From: Vicugna vicugna
Lineage: Eukaryota
Direction of reading: 5' to 3'
NCBI GenBank assembly: GCA_013265495.1
Contig: MU058198.1
Coordinates: forward strand, 756,419-820,418
Length of the DNA: 64,000 nt
This document shows positions 37,991 through 51,600 of this stretch, piece by piece. Below the pieces are notes generated by a model. The model had not been told where the DNA came from, searched no databases, and worked only from the letters and a program-made list of their open reading frames with translations. The first letter of the stretch is position 1. Every line of letters starts with the position of its first letter. Position numbers and translations under genes: made by a program.

Positions 37991-38965
37991 GTTAGTCTTA
38001 AAATAAGCACCTTATCTTGGCCACGCCATCTGCTCGTGACCTTACGATGCCTCTGGACTTAGTTCTTAGAGTAAAGAAGGATGTCTGTAACTGAGGAGTA
38101 TTTATCAAGCATGCACGTGTACCAGGCACTGTACCAGGCACCATATATTTCTGTGTGGTCCTCATACCTGCTCTCCCAGAGAGAAGGTAGTATCCCCATT
38201 GTACAGATGAGGACACAGGGGCTGAGAGGATATATGACTCACACAGGTCACACAGCCAGGTGGGTCAGAGACCAGGGATTTGAACCCAGATCTGCCTGAC
38301 GCCAGGGAACCTAGGGCCATCTCATGCCATGTTGTCCAGTTACTTCAGCTCTGTGTTCATAGGGCTCATTGGCCCACTGCAAAGCTTTGCATCAGGGTAC
38401 CAGGACCCCCAGGCCAGACAGTGCCTCCCACCCTGCACGCTAGCGGAAATGACCACATGCTGCTGGAATAGGGGAGATTTTCGGGGAGGGGAGGCTGAGT
38501 CCCCAGTCCAAAGGCTGCAGGATCTGTAACCATGTTCCCAGGAGACATTTCCATTAGAGCAGGAAGCCAGGGGTGAGTGGAAGAAGATGAGGATGTTTTT
38601 CTCTCCCTCTGTCCAAATTCCCTGCCCACCTACAGAGAAGGAGCAGTGAACGGCTCGGCTACAAAAGACGGTGCCCAGGTGCAGAGACCACCTTAGCCTG
38701 TGGCTCAGGGGCTGGGTTCTGGCATTAACTGTGACCCTTTTTGACTAATAAGCATAATGTATCACCTAACAAAAAAGGGCAAATTTTCAGGGACTTACTT
38801 TCCAGAGACAACCACTGTTGAGTGTATCAGCTCAGAATTTCTTCATCTTGTCTATTCACATGCACATATATACACACATACATTAATAAACATGAAACAT
38901 ATATGGTATACTGTAACTTGCTTTTTTCTTCATTTGGCAACATATCGTTGACATCTTTTCATGCC

Positions 38966-39016
38966 ATATATATATAGAGAGAGAGAGAGAGAAAGAGGGA
39001 GAGAGAGAGAGAGAGA
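38966..39016. repeat. (AT)n(AG)n microsatellite in an old minus-strand L1 (~38750-39270)
   Basis: Read directly. Confidence 0.85.
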
Positions 39017-41544
39017 TCTATCTCATTATTTTTTGTGGTTCCATGAAAATGATAGATCTGTATCAGACTTTTTAAAAACCAATCCCAGTGAATGAATATT
39101 TGGTTTTTCATGATGAACAATGCTTCCACAGACATTTTTGGAGATACATTCTTACTTATAAAAGTATTTCTATAGAATGAATTCCTAGAAATGGAATTGC
39201 TGGGTCAAAGGATGTAAATATACTAAGTTTAGACAGTGATCACCGTACTGTCATCCAAAAACATTGCATTCAGTTTGTCACTTTGGGACTTTCGATGGGT
39301 GATGTAATCTTTGTGCTTCATTGTCCCCACTTGTAAAATGAGCATGCTTATGCCTCAGGAATAAATTCTAAATGAGGTCATTGCTTTGATATTACCATGG
39401 CTCTTTCAGAAGAAATATACTTTCTGTAAATCTAAGGTGTCATTTACATTTTAATTTTTTTCTCTCCTGTCTCCTCAAACCTTAGTTCCTTCTCTATTTC
39501 AACCTGCAAAAGAAATAAAAATTTGATTAAAAGAAATCTAGTGACTTCACGCCTTGATATTACTTTCATCAGTTCTATTCTGAAGACTCACCAGTGGGTG
39601 GTGATGTTAGGGTGACATCGACTTTCATATATTATCTTTTCATTTAAAATTTGCAAAAGTTTGCACAACTAGGACAGTCCTTCCATTGAAATGCTCAAGG
39701 ACCCCCTACTATTCTACTAAAAAAGTAAAGTAAAAGACGATTTCCTTTATCAAAGGGTCCGCCCCCCAAATTCAAGTCCCCTAGTCTAAGTTTATGTAAA
39801 TGGACACTTCCAGCCTCATTGGCTTCATTCCATTATCGTTGTTCAGAATTCTTTACAATTGTGTAGACGCAAAATGCTTTTGTAGATTCTAGATAAATCT
39901 ACAAACTTCTGGAAGGCTCCTGGAGCCAGATTGGATGAATTTTATCATTTATCAAACTGTGGTAGCCTAGTTTAACCTCTCTGACTCAGTTTTGCATGGC
40001 AATAAAATGGAACACTATTATTAGTAACCACCCCGTAGTGTTTTGTGAGGATTAGATGAACTAGACTAGTGTATGGTTCATCTTACGCGATCAATAAATG
40101 GTAACTGTTAGTAGTCATATAAATGTTCACCATCTGGTTAATACATGTTGTTATTAAGAATACTGGCCTCGGGGTCGGACTGAACCGGGTCCTGCCTCCT
40201 ACCATTGGTGGAGTCATAGGCAAGGCGCTCATCCTCTCAAAGCCCAGTTTTCTCGTCTGTTACATGGGGACAGTTAGGGCCCGTCGCAGAGGGCTCCTGT
40301 GAGGTTTTAGTAATATTTTTTTAAACTGTCAAGAAAAAGAAACCAAATATGTTCCAGGTAATACCTCCAGCAGTGGTTCTCAATCTTGGCTGCAGGTTAG
40401 CCTCCCCTGGGGGACATTTGTAAGGATGTGTCGGGCCAGAAGCCAGAGAAAGTGATTACATGGGTTTACCCTTAGTAGAGGATGTGCTGTAACTACATCA
40501 GCAAACCCTGATTGTGTGGATTAGCCACAGGATCCCAGTAACAGCTTTGGGTTCAGCATCTTCCTTTGTGAGGCTCTTCGCACTAATGCAGTTTCGCTTG
40601 GATTAAGATTCAGGGGCTCTGAGTTCCTAGCCCAGCTCTGCAGTTTACCAGCTAGATGGGCCCTGCTTTCTCCTTTGAAAAGTGGAAGGTGTGACCCAGG
40701 AAATCTCTCTAAAACAGGAAACCTGATAGGTGTTTGCTGTAGACTCTCCTGCCCTCCCGGCTGAAGAGTCTTATTGGTGAGCAAATCCAAAGCTTGGAAA
40801 GCTGTTGCTGTTGTCTTGGTGGTGATTGTTGGGTTTGGGAGTTTGGTCTCAAGCTTGAAGGCAAAGACAGTAGCTGGTGAACGTTCAGAGCCTTTGCTGG
40901 GGAGAGGGGGGCGAGACAGGTGAGGGCCGGAGAGTAACTGGGCAGGGGAGACGAGGGGAGGGTGGATTGGGTATTTGGCAGTTTAGAAGAATCGCGGAGG
41001 GGAAAGAGTGGGGATGTTTAGAGGCGGTTTCTGTTTGATCATGTATTTGAGGTGTGGAAAGCATAGATCCTGGATTGTGGGCCTTTCCTATCGCCACACG
41101 TGGGTCTGCCACACCCAGCGGTGACTTTCTAACAGAGGGAGGGCGATGGGGGGTTCTCCTGCTGTGGTGCCCAGCCTGCAGGATCGCGTTGCCCCTGCCC
41201 GAAGCTGCCGCGCCTTGATGTCTGCAAAGATCCGTGGCCCTCACGAAAGCACTAATCGAGCTTACCTCAGTGACCGAGTGCCTCCCACTCGCCTTAAACA
41301 CACTCTTTCTAATTTTCACAGCAAATTGAATGAGCGTAAACTGTCATCACCCCCGTCTTTCAGGGGAGGAAACCGTCTCAGAGGTTAAGTCACTCGCTTT
41401 TGGTCACAGCTGCTTAGGAGCAAGGCTGAGGACATCTAGAACTTTCCACAATGTCATTCTGCCTTGCTGTCCTCACACCCTTCCCTTCAGCCAGGCCACG
41501 GATGGGCAGGCCGAGGGAGAGGTCTGGAATGCATGCTCTCAAAA

Positions 41545-41925
41545 GTGCAGCAGAAGTTCAATGCAGGAATGAAGGCCACACCATAAAAAGCAGTGAAGGA
41601 CTGATCTGTGTGCCAACATGGGTGAGCCCTGAAAACTTTGAAAAGCGTGAAGACTTGCCAAGGACCCCATATTATATGATTCCATGTATGTGAAATGTCC
41701 AGAACAGACAGGTCTATGCAGATAGGAAGGAAGACTAGAGGGGGTGACGTCTAGAACATTGTAGGGATTCTTTCGGTGATGGTGACAATGCAAAACTGAC
41801 TGTGGTAATGGGTGCGCCTGTCTGTGAATATACTAAAGACCATTGAATTGTGTACTTTAAATGAGTGAATTGTATGGTATGTGCATGATATCTTCCTAAA
41901 GTTGTTGCATAAATAAAAATAAAAA
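41545..41925 (+). mobile_element. Old L1 3' end
   Basis: tatatgattccatgtatgtgaaatgtccagaacag...cattgaattgtgtactttaaatgagtgaattgtatgg. Confidence 0.75.
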
Positions 41926-41938
41926 TGAAGGCACAGAC

Positions 41939-42648
41939 TACCTCTCACCCATTAGGATGGGTGCTATCAAAGAAAGAAAAGAACAAGTATTGGTAAGGAT
42001 GTGGGAAAATTAGAACCGTTGTGCATTGTCCGTGGGAATGTAAAATGCTGCAGATAAAGTGGTTCCTTAAAAACTTTTTAAATGGAATTACTGTATGATC
42101 CAGCAACTCCACTTTGGGGTGTATACTAGAGAGCAGAGACTCGATGAGCTATTTGTACACACATGTTCTCAACAGCATTGTTCACAACCGCCAAAACGTG
42201 GAAGCAACCCAAGAGTCTATCAGTGGATGAGTAGGTAGGAAGGCTGTGGCATGTCTGCACCGTGGAATATCATTCTGCCTTAAGGGGGACGTTCTGACAT
42301 GTGCCTTAATGGGAATGACCCTTGAGGACATTATGCTAAGTGAAACAAGCCAGTCGCAAAAGGACAGGTAGTGTCCAATTCCACTTAAATGAGATACTTG
42401 GAAGAGTAAAATTCACCCAGACAGAAAGTAGGATAGTGGTTGTCACGGGCTGGGAGGAGCGAGGAACAGGGAGTTTAATGGACACAAGGTTTCAGTTTTG
42501 CAAGATGAAAAGAGTTCTAAAGATGAACGTGGTGGTGGGTGCACAACGTGACTGTCCTTCATACCGCTGACCTGTACACTTTAAAATTGTGAAGGTGGTA
42601 AATTTTATGTTACATGGCTTTTACCACAATAAAAAAAATTAGGAGGGG
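41939..42648 (+). mobile_element. L1 3' fragment inserted at the A-tail of the preceding L1
   Basis: TSD AAAATRAAGGCACAGAC at 41922-41938 and 42649-42665. Confidence 0.85.
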
Positions 42649-43119
42649 AAAATAAAGGCACAGACCCCAAATTACCTCACGACCTGCCCCCTCACCTCCA
42701 TTAGGCTCTGCTTAATGTCACTGTCTCATGGCGTCCTCCCTGGCCACCCTGGCCCCAGTCTCTCCGCTTGCATCTCACATGCTCTCTGCAGGGTGATTCA
42801 AAAAGAACTGACTGCTCCCAAACTTTTATTACAACCTGCATGGACACAGATGAAGAAGTTGGTGTTGGGGCCACCTCTTCTTGGCAGCTTTGGAGAAATA
42901 AAGAAGTGTGTCTTGATTGCCCTTAACCGTGGCTGTGATGAAGGATCTGAGATGAAGCTGGCTCTGGGATGGCTGGGTGCCACGTGTCCCATGTCTGTTC
43001 CGGGGGGAGCTGCACAGAAGAGTATCTGTTCTGTTGTAATTACTGTGTTTGTCCCTTTACAAATCGTCTTTGACTGCGTGATAGATTTAATTGTATTTTG
43101 TCACTGATCAATAATTTTT

Positions 43120-43217
43120 TTGGGGGGAGTGATTAGGTATTTATTTATTTATGTATTTATTTATTTTTTATTTAATGGAGGTACTACTGGGGATTGAACT
43201 GAGCTACACCCTTCCCC
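43120..43217 (-). mobile_element. Camelid vic-1-type SINE with ~37-nt internal deletion
   Basis: Same head and tail as the 37857 copy but lacks the anticodon region. TSD CARTAATTTTT at 43109-43119 and 43218-43228. Confidence 0.85.
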
Positions 43218-45390
43218 CAGTAATTTTTAAAGTTTTAAATTCTTTTGAGTCCCCCAGGATTTTAATGAGTTATTTTATTGTCTGTGTGATCGCACTAGAA
43301 TGTAAGTCGAACAGGAGGGTGGACTTTTTTTCCTTTCTGTTTTGTTCACTGCTCTATCCCTAGCACCTAAAACAGTGCCCAGCATGCATGTGGTAGATGT
43401 TCAAGAAATATTTGTTGATTGAATGAATGAATCCGTGTCATGCAATCCCCTCTCCAAATCCTCCAGCTTGGTAAACACGCTATGGACAAAGTTAATCTAA
43501 GGTAAACAGAACTGTTTCCAAGCAACCAACCAACCAAATAAATAAAAGGAAAAATATAATATCCATATTCTCTAAAATAATAAAAAGGACTGTTCACATT
43601 TCCTGTGTGCTTACTACGAGGCAAGCGCTGTTCTGAACACTTCCTTGATAGTAAGCCACTCTTCTCAGCAGCCCTTTGAAGGAGGTACTGTGTGGTCTCC
43701 ATTTTATGGGTGAAGAAACTGAGGCACAGAGAGGTTGAACAATGTACCCAGGGCCACCAGGCAACTTCTTCCCCACCGCATTATGCCGCAGCGCACAGGT
43801 GTTATTTGTGGAGTTAAGCTGGAGAGAAATCTGTTGGTATTTGGTTTCCTACGAAACCCATCAGGACCCAGCCTCTGATTAAACTGCCGAGGGCGGGAAG
43901 CACATGTTCCTTTCTGCCTGTTAGCCTGGTTTAAAGGGCAATGGTCCCACCCATCTAATTGTCCCGCCTCCTCTCTGTCAGCACCAGTCCAACCCAGTTG
44001 ATGCACGGTATTCACCCTGAGGATCTAAATTTAGGATCTGAGCAGCTAAACTGTCTTGCTAGTTTTCAGATTCAACTCTCATTAGCCCAGGACATGGAAA
44101 ATTTTAAAGCTATGGAGCCTAGCTGTTAAGAAGGACACACTGATTCCTTTTTAAATAACTTCAGAGTTGTCCCCTTGTCAAAGAAATACAGTCTCATTGT
44201 GAAAAATACAGAAAAGTATCAAGAGATCAAAAAAAGGTACCCACCTCGCTGTCACTGATAATACAGTGGTCTCTAGAAATACTTTTTAAGTCTGCTTTAT
44301 TTTGCCCATCTGAGTAGGAGGGAGGTAGAAGCTCCTGAGATCTTTGCATGTGTTCTACTTTTTCCATGTGTATTGGAGTTGCCCTCCTTTGCTTTCCGTG
44401 GCATCTGGAGACCTGTCATTTGAGAGGCTTCCAAGTGACATTTGAAGCTGTCCAGAGTGAGCAGCTAATAATGGCAGAAAGAGTCTTGGGCTCAGCGAGT
44501 CCCAAGATTTATATTCAGACCCTGGTTGGAAGCTTCCTAGCTATGTATCTTTGAGCAAAGCACTTAACCTTCCTGATCTTCCATCTTGTAACTGTAAAAT
44601 GAAAATTACACCCTCCTAAAAGCCCAGCGGAGGGAAAAGCTTATTTGAATTAAAAAGACTTACACTAATGCCCACCTATAAGTTCTTACTGTACTCACCT
44701 TGAGCAAGTAAATTAGTTAACCTCTCTGACCTTCAGTTTCTTCATCTATACAACAGAAATGATCAAAGTACTCCCCTCACTGGTTCCTAGAGAGACCCAC
44801 ATGAGACAGTGCATGCATGCCTCAGACAGTAGGTGCTCAATAATGATCAGTGACTATTGTAAACCATACAACTTTGGAATCATATTAGAGCAGTGCTTTT
44901 CCCACTGTGGATGGTGGAATCAATTAGTGTGTTGTCACAAGCATTTTAGAAAATGAAACAGATTTCAGGTCTTATATTTAAATCTTTAATCCATTTTGAA
45001 TTTATTTTTGTGTATGGCATGAGGAAGTAGCCCAGTTTTACTCTTTTAAATGTTAAGACATGAAACCATAACACTTTTAGAAGAAAACATAGGCGGTACA
45101 TTCTTTGACATTAGTCTTAGTAATTTTTTTTGGATATATCCCCTCAGGCAAGGGAAACACAAGCAAAAATAAACAAATGGGACCACATCAAACTAAAAAG
45201 CTTTTGCCCACTGAAGGAAACTATTAACAAAATGAAAAGGCCACCTACTGAATGGGAGAAGATATTTGCAAATGATATATCTGATAAGGAGTTAATATTC
45301 CAAAATATGCAAAGAAGTCATACAACTCAACCTCAAAAAAGAAAAACAACAAATAACCAAACAAACAATCTGATTTAAAAATGGGTAGAG

Positions 45391-46586
45391 TTCTCCTAGG
45401 GCAGTCTACCCACGCAATAGAAATAAAAGCAAGAATAAACAAATGGGACCTAATGAAACTTGGAAGCTTCTGCACAGCAAAGGAAACTGTAAATAAAACA
45501 AAATGACAGCCTGTGGAATGGGAGAATGTTTTTGCAAATGAAACTGACAAAGGCTTGATCTCCAGAATATATAAACAGCTCATACGACTTAATAAGAAAA
45601 AAACAAACAACCTAATCCAAAAATGGGCAGAAGACCTAAACAAGCAATTCTCCAAGGAAGACATACAAATGATCAATAGGCACTTGAAAAAAATGCTCAA
45701 TATCACTAATTATCAGAGAAATACAAATCAAAACTGCAATGAGGTATCACCTCACACCAGTCAGAATGGTCATGATTCAAAAGTACACAAATGACAAATG
45801 CTGGAGAGGCTGTGGAGAAAAGGGAACCCTCCTGCACTGCTGGTGGGAGTGCAGTTTGGTGCAGCCACTGTGGAAAACAGTATGGAGATTCCTCAAAAGA
45901 CTAGGCATAGACTTACCATATGACCCAGGAATCCCACTCCTGGGCATATATCCAGAAGGAACCCTACTTCAAAATTACACCTGCACCCCAATGTTCATAG
46001 CAGCACTATTTACAATAGCCAAGACATGGAAACAGCCTAAATGTCCACCAACAGATGACTGGATAAAGAAGAGGTGGTATATTTATACAATGGAATACTA
46101 TTCAGCCATAAAAGCAGACAACATAAAGCCATTTGCAGCAACTTGAATGTTCCTGGAGAATGTCATTCTAAGTGAAATAAGCCAGAGAGAGAAAGAAAAA
46201 TACCAAATGAGATCACTCATATGTGGAATCTAAAAAAAAAAAACAAACAAAAAACAAATACAAAACAGAAACAGACTCATAGACATAGAATACAAACTTG
46301 TGGTTGCCAAGGGAGAAGGGGGTGGGAAAGGATAGACTGGGAATTCAAAATTTGTAGATACTGACAGGTGTATGTAGAATAGATAAACAAGATTATACTG
46401 TATAGCACAGGGAAATATATACAAGGTCTTGTGGTAGCTCACAGAGAAAAAAAATGTGACAATGAATATATGTATGTTCATGTATAACTGAAAAATTGTG
46501 CTCTACACTGAAATTTGACACAACATTGTAAAATGACTATAACTCAATAAAAAATGTTTAAAAAATATGTAAATTACCCCCTCCCC
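45391..46586 (+). mobile_element. Young camelid L1, 5'-truncated (ORF2 C-terminus and 3' UTR)
   Basis: Well-preserved ORF2 C-terminal peptide ([10 protein letters not shown]...[18 protein letters not shown]...MEYYSAIK) with a frameshift and a premature TGA. TSD AAAATGGGYAGAG at 45378-45390 and 46587-46599. Confidence 0.93.
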
Positions 46587-47668
46587 AAAATGGGCAGAGA
46601 TTCTGAATAGACATTTTTCTGAAGAAGACATACAGATGACCAACAGGTACATGAAAAGATGCTCAACATCACTAATTATCAGTGAAATGCAAATCAGAAC
46701 CACAATGAGGTGTCAGCTCACATGTGTCAAAATGGCTATTATCAAAAAGATAGCAACTAATAAGTGTTGGCGGGGATGTGCAGAAAAGAGAACCCTCCTG
46801 CACTGTTGGTGAGAATGTAAATTGGTGCAGCCCCTATGGAAAACAATATGGAGGTTCCTCAAAAAACTAAAAATAACTAAAAACTAAAAATAGAATCCAG
46901 ACCTGGGTATTTATCTGAAGAAAGTGAAAACACTAATTAGGAAGGATATATGCACTCTCATGTTCATTGCAGCATTATTTACTATAGTCAAGATATAGAA
47001 GCAACCTAAGTGCCCATTAATAGATGAATAGGTAAAGAAGATGTGATACATACACAGGCGTGCACACACACACAGAGGAATACTACACAGTCATAAAAAA
47101 GAATATTGGCATTTGCAGCAACATGGATGGACCTCGAGGTATTATGCTATATATGATTTCACTTATATGTGGAATAAAAAAAGCCAAACATAACAAAACA
47201 GAAACAAAATCAGAGATACAGAGAACAAATAGGTGGTTGCCAGAGGGGCAGGGGGTACAAAGAGGAAAGAAATGATGAGGTACAAACTTCCAGTTGCAAA
47301 GCAAATGAGTCAGGGGTATGAAGTGTACAGCATGGGGAATGTAATTATGTAGTATCAATAATTATGTAGTATATTTGTATAGTGACATTGCAACTAGACT
47401 TGTGATCATTTTGAAATGTATAGAATATGGACTCACTATGTTGTGTAACAAGAACTAACAGTGTTGTAGGTCAATTATACTTCAAAAACAAAATAAAATA
47501 CAAAAACTCGTAGAAAAGAGATCGCATTTGTGGTTACTAGAGGCAAGAGGTGGGGAGGGGGCAGCTGGATGAAGGCAAACCAAAGATACAAACTTCCACT
47601 TATAAGATAAGTAAGTAGTTAGGAATGTAATGTACAATATGATAAAGATAATGAACACTGCTGTATAT

Positions 47669-47718
47669 GTTTGTATATATATATTTTTACTGAGTGTAGT
47701 CAATTTACAGTGTTGTCT
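47669..47718 (-). mobile_element. ~50-bp extreme 3' L1 fragment with 11-bp TSD
   Basis: TSD CTGCTGTATAT at 47658-47668 and 47719-47729. Insert tttttactgagtgtagtcaatttacagtgttgt matches the camelid L1 terminus. Confidence 0.75.
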
Positions 47719-48274
47719 CTGCTGTATATTTTATATGAAAGTCATTAAGAGGATAAATCCTAAGTGTTCTCATCACAAGGAAAAAGAATTTTTCTATTTC
47801 TTTAATTTTGTATCTATATGAGATGAGGGATGGTCACTAAGCTTGCTGTGGTCATCATTTCATAATGTAGGCAAGTCAGATCTTTATGCTGTACACCTTA
47901 AACTTATACAGTGCTATACATCAATTATATACCAATAAAATTGGAAGAAAAAATAAAATACAATAGAGATAGAATATAGCCTGTATTTCTTACAGAGTAA
48001 GGGAAATGCTGTTCAGTGAATTTGGCGGGGGTGAAATGTATGCTTGTGTATTGTAAAAGTAACATGAAATGTATTTTTTATCATAGGTGGCAGTTATGAA
48101 AGCTACTGTATTAGAGCAGATTATGAGACTGGATCTTATGATCTTGGATATAACCAGAATTTGCCAGGGTGGTATATCTTTGGCTTATAAAACCAAGGTT
48201 GCTCTAGGAATTCACCTTATTAAATGTACTTCAGGATCATCTGTAAAAATGCTGTTTGGATCAAACTCCATTAA

Positions 48275-48860
48275 ATCCTTTTTTTTTAATTTAAAAAGTT
48301 TTTATTTTAATTGAGGTTTAACATTCATAATGTTTATAAATCCTCAGTATACAGCTTGGTGAATTTTTACATATGCATCAACCCATGAAACCACCAACAA
48401 GTTTTAGGTCAAGATACAGAACATTTCCACTGTTCCTTGAAGGCTCCCCCATGCTCCAATCCAGTCAGTCCACCCCACCCCAGCTCATCTTCCCAGCCTC
48501 TCACCTCCCTACCTCCCTAAGTAATCACTGTTTTGGTTTCTGTCATTCTTGACTAATTTTATCTGGTTTTTGTTTGTTATTTAAATAAAATCATATAGTA
48601 TGTTCTCTTTCATATCTGCCTTCCTCACTCCACATTTTGTGTAATTCAATCATCTGGGTTATATCAATAATTTGTTCTTTTTCACTGATGGTGTAGTATT
48701 CCATTGTATGAATATACAGCAGTTGTTTATCCATTTTACTGTTGATGGATATTTGAGTTGTTTCCAGTTTGGGGCTACTATGAATGTAACTGCTATGAAC
48801 ATTCTTGGTAGATACCTAGGAGTACCTAGGAGTAGAATTCCTGGGTCATGGCTCATTAAA
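48275..48860 (-). mobile_element. Old L1 3' end; a separate antisense ORF2 fragment lies at ~49170-49590
   Basis: gtagtattccattgtatgaatatacagcagttgtttatccatt...ccagtttggggctactatgaat. Confidence 0.8.
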
Positions 48861-51039
48861 TCATTTCAGAAAAAATAAATCACCATATGAGAAATATGAT
48901 CCAGCAAATGGTGCCAGGAAAAAATGTAGCTCCCCTTGGGGAAACAGTTTACTTCTTCCCTAACTCTTCCTTTTTGCCTTGTCTGCCAGGAAGCTCAGAG
49001 TTCAGTTTAAAGCTCATTGATATCAACTTATTGACTCTTCCTGGTTAGCATATCTAAATTCTCCATTTCTCTTCAGACTTGGGTTTTTTTTTCTATTTTT
49101 ATTAACTATATTTTGTTGTAAATTATCTGAAATCCTTTTAGGGAGAAAGCAGGATCTAGATATACTCAAAGATCATGAAGATTTACTCATTTTTTTTCCT
49201 AAGAGTTTTATAGAGTTAGAGCTTTCATGCAGGTCTCTGACTCATTTTGAGTTACTCTTTGTATGTGGTGTGAGGTAAGGGTCGGCCTTCATCCTTTTGC
49301 ATGTGGATCCAGTTGTCCAGCAGCATTTGTTGACAAGACTATCAAATGATCTTGGCACCCTTGTTGAAAATGAATTGACCTTAAATGTAATAAATAAATG
49401 AATAAATAAATGTAACAGTTTATTTCTGGGCTTTCAAGTCTATCTCATTGATGGACTTGTCTATCTTTATGCCAGTACCACTCAGTCTCATTTACTGTTG
49501 CTTTATAGTAAGTTTTTAAATTGGGAAGTGTGAGTCCTCCAATTTTTTTTTTCCAGAGCGGTTTTGGCTATTCTGGGTCCCTTGAACTTCCAGTTGTCAT
49601 CTTTCTTGCCAATCTTTTTGGAAATGCACCTCTACCTTTAATTTTACATCAGTGAGATTGTGCTCCAAAGCAGTTATTTTCATGTATCCCCTTTTTATTC
49701 ACCTAACTTTATATTATAAATGTATCCCCCTATATTATAAACTTCTTTTACAAATGATTAGCTACATAATTTAGTTTTTTTGTTCCTATCGGACACTTCT
49801 CAGTTTCGCTATTACAAACATTGCTGCCCCGCCCGCCTTCCTTCCTAAGAGAGTTTAATTCATTTGTGCAGCTATCCAGGATATTTTTACATATTGAAAA
49901 CATTAATCATTTAATTCAGACTCTGAGATGGTCTCCTTAAAAGCAGTAGAACAGGGACAAGCAGATAGGACATCAAATCCCACATTTTCATCTTTGAAAA
50001 GTCACTAACCTTTCTGAGCCTCAGTGTTCTCATCTGAAAATTGGGGATAATAGAACCTTCATAGAGTTGTCCTGAAGATTAAAGACGACGTAGGCGTCTA
50101 GGGCCTCGAACAACGCCTGACATATTGTAAGAACTCAACAAATAGTACTTATGCTTATTGTCTTCATTGTTGTTGTTACTGTTGGAACAGGCAGCAGAGG
50201 TGGAGCGATGCACCCTCGAGGAAATGGTGGGATGACATTCAGGTCTTCCCTATCAGCCTGGGAATTGCTATCTTAACGAGTAGAGGTTAGTTTCTCCCAC
50301 CAGCCAAAGAGAAGCATTTCGCAATCACACAGCAAATAAATGTCTGCCTTCCTAAATCTCTGTATGTATTTAAGATTAGTTTCTTAGGATCATATCCTAG
50401 CAATGGCTGTCAGAGGGTTTAGCTCAATCCATGGAACTATTGAAGACATTGTTCACATATTGAAAACACTTATCTTTCAATTCAAACATAGATTAGCTCC
50501 GTGAGCACATGGCTTTGCCTGGCAAGTTCGTCATTTCAGGTCTTGAGTCAACAAACATACAAGAGGTGCAGGCGAAGGAAGGCAGAAGGCTCCCAGCCTG
50601 TATTTTGTTATATTTTGCCTAGGAAACCAGGTCAGCAGTGGTTCAAATCCCGACAAGGACTGCCATTTATTAAAATAGTACCTGTTGCCTCTGTAGTGTG
50701 CCAGGCACTCTTCTGGTGGATTTTGGTATGTGATCTCAGGTAAGGGATTTAGATATCAAGATTACCCTGTGCAGTAAGCTCCCCCAGGAAGCCAGTTTTA
50801 TAGGCGAGGAGACAAGCTTTGAGAGGGTTAGCAACTAGACCAAGGGGGTGCTCCTAGTGAATGCTGCAGTCCAGATGCAGGCACTTGCCTCTCTGATTCT
50901 AAAGCCTGGACACCTTCACTGAACTGGAGCATCTCTTATATTGCTGGAAAAGAAGTGTGTCCTTTTGACAGTTTGGAGGCTAAGAGAGAAAGGCCTGGGG
51001 GCTTCCAAAGGAAGCTAAAGTAGGGTTTCATTCACCGTT

Positions 51040-51600
51040 TCAGCAAAGATTGACTGAGTGCCTGCTCTGGGCTCAGGATGGGATTTGCCAGATGCTGGGA
51101 GTTCAATGAAAGCCATAAACCAACACTTGGCTCTACTGGAAGCTTCAGGCCTCGGTGGGGAAGCCAGATGCCATTCCGGTAAAGACACGAATCTGTGATA
51201 CAGACTCTGATGAGTGCTTTGAAGAAGCTCAAGATGCCACGAGAGACTGGAGCAGAAATTAACTAGCCGCGAGTGGCAGGGAGGGATTTCCGGATAAAGG
51301 AAGGATGGAGGCAAAGACCCTGAGCCTGGAAGAGGGACTGAAAGAAGGTCCGAGTGGTGAAAGCAGGATGCAAGGTGACCGGGAGAAGGGAGAGAGCAGT
51401 GGCCATGGGGGCCTGGTGAAGGTCTTTGGACTTGATCCTGAGGGCAGCAGGGAGTCCTCAAAGCGTTTTAGTGGGTTTCATGAAGATGAGCGTGGCTGCA
51501 GGCGGAGGATGGATCAGATGACCTGATGGCAGTGGGAATGGACAGAAGTGGATGGATTTAGGAGACAGCTGTGGGGTAAAAATGATGCAGGTGACATGAG
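51040..51600 (-). mobile_element. L2 LINE remnant (others at ~2270-2560, 10850-11210, 34680-34810, 43260-43440)
   Basis: L2-type motifs cagcaaagattgactgagtgcctgctctgggc, ggacttgatcctgagggcagcagggag, agaagtggatggatttaggag. Confidence 0.65.

Larger units (their letters stand above)
44963..47960 (+). mobile_element. L1 (L1MA9-like) with 5' inversion (44963-45046), host to two younger inserts
   Basis: 44963-45046 is antisense ORF2. From ~45047 ORF2 runs sense ([14 protein letters not shown]), resumes at 46587 and ends in a 3' UTR and A-tail. Confidence 0.88.
44891..48108. mobile_element. hAT-Charlie MITE (Charlie4z-like) expanded to 3.2 kb by nested L1s
   Basis: Ends cagtgcttt...aaagctactg; perfect 8-bp TSD TATTAGAG at 44883-44890 and 48109-48116. 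Confidence 0.8.

Noticed and set aside
45513..46146. ORFs with CWRGC/HCWWEC motif as a possible host or active gene
   Set aside because: This is the L1 ORF2 C-terminal domain in a 5'-truncated copy with a frameshift and premature stop.
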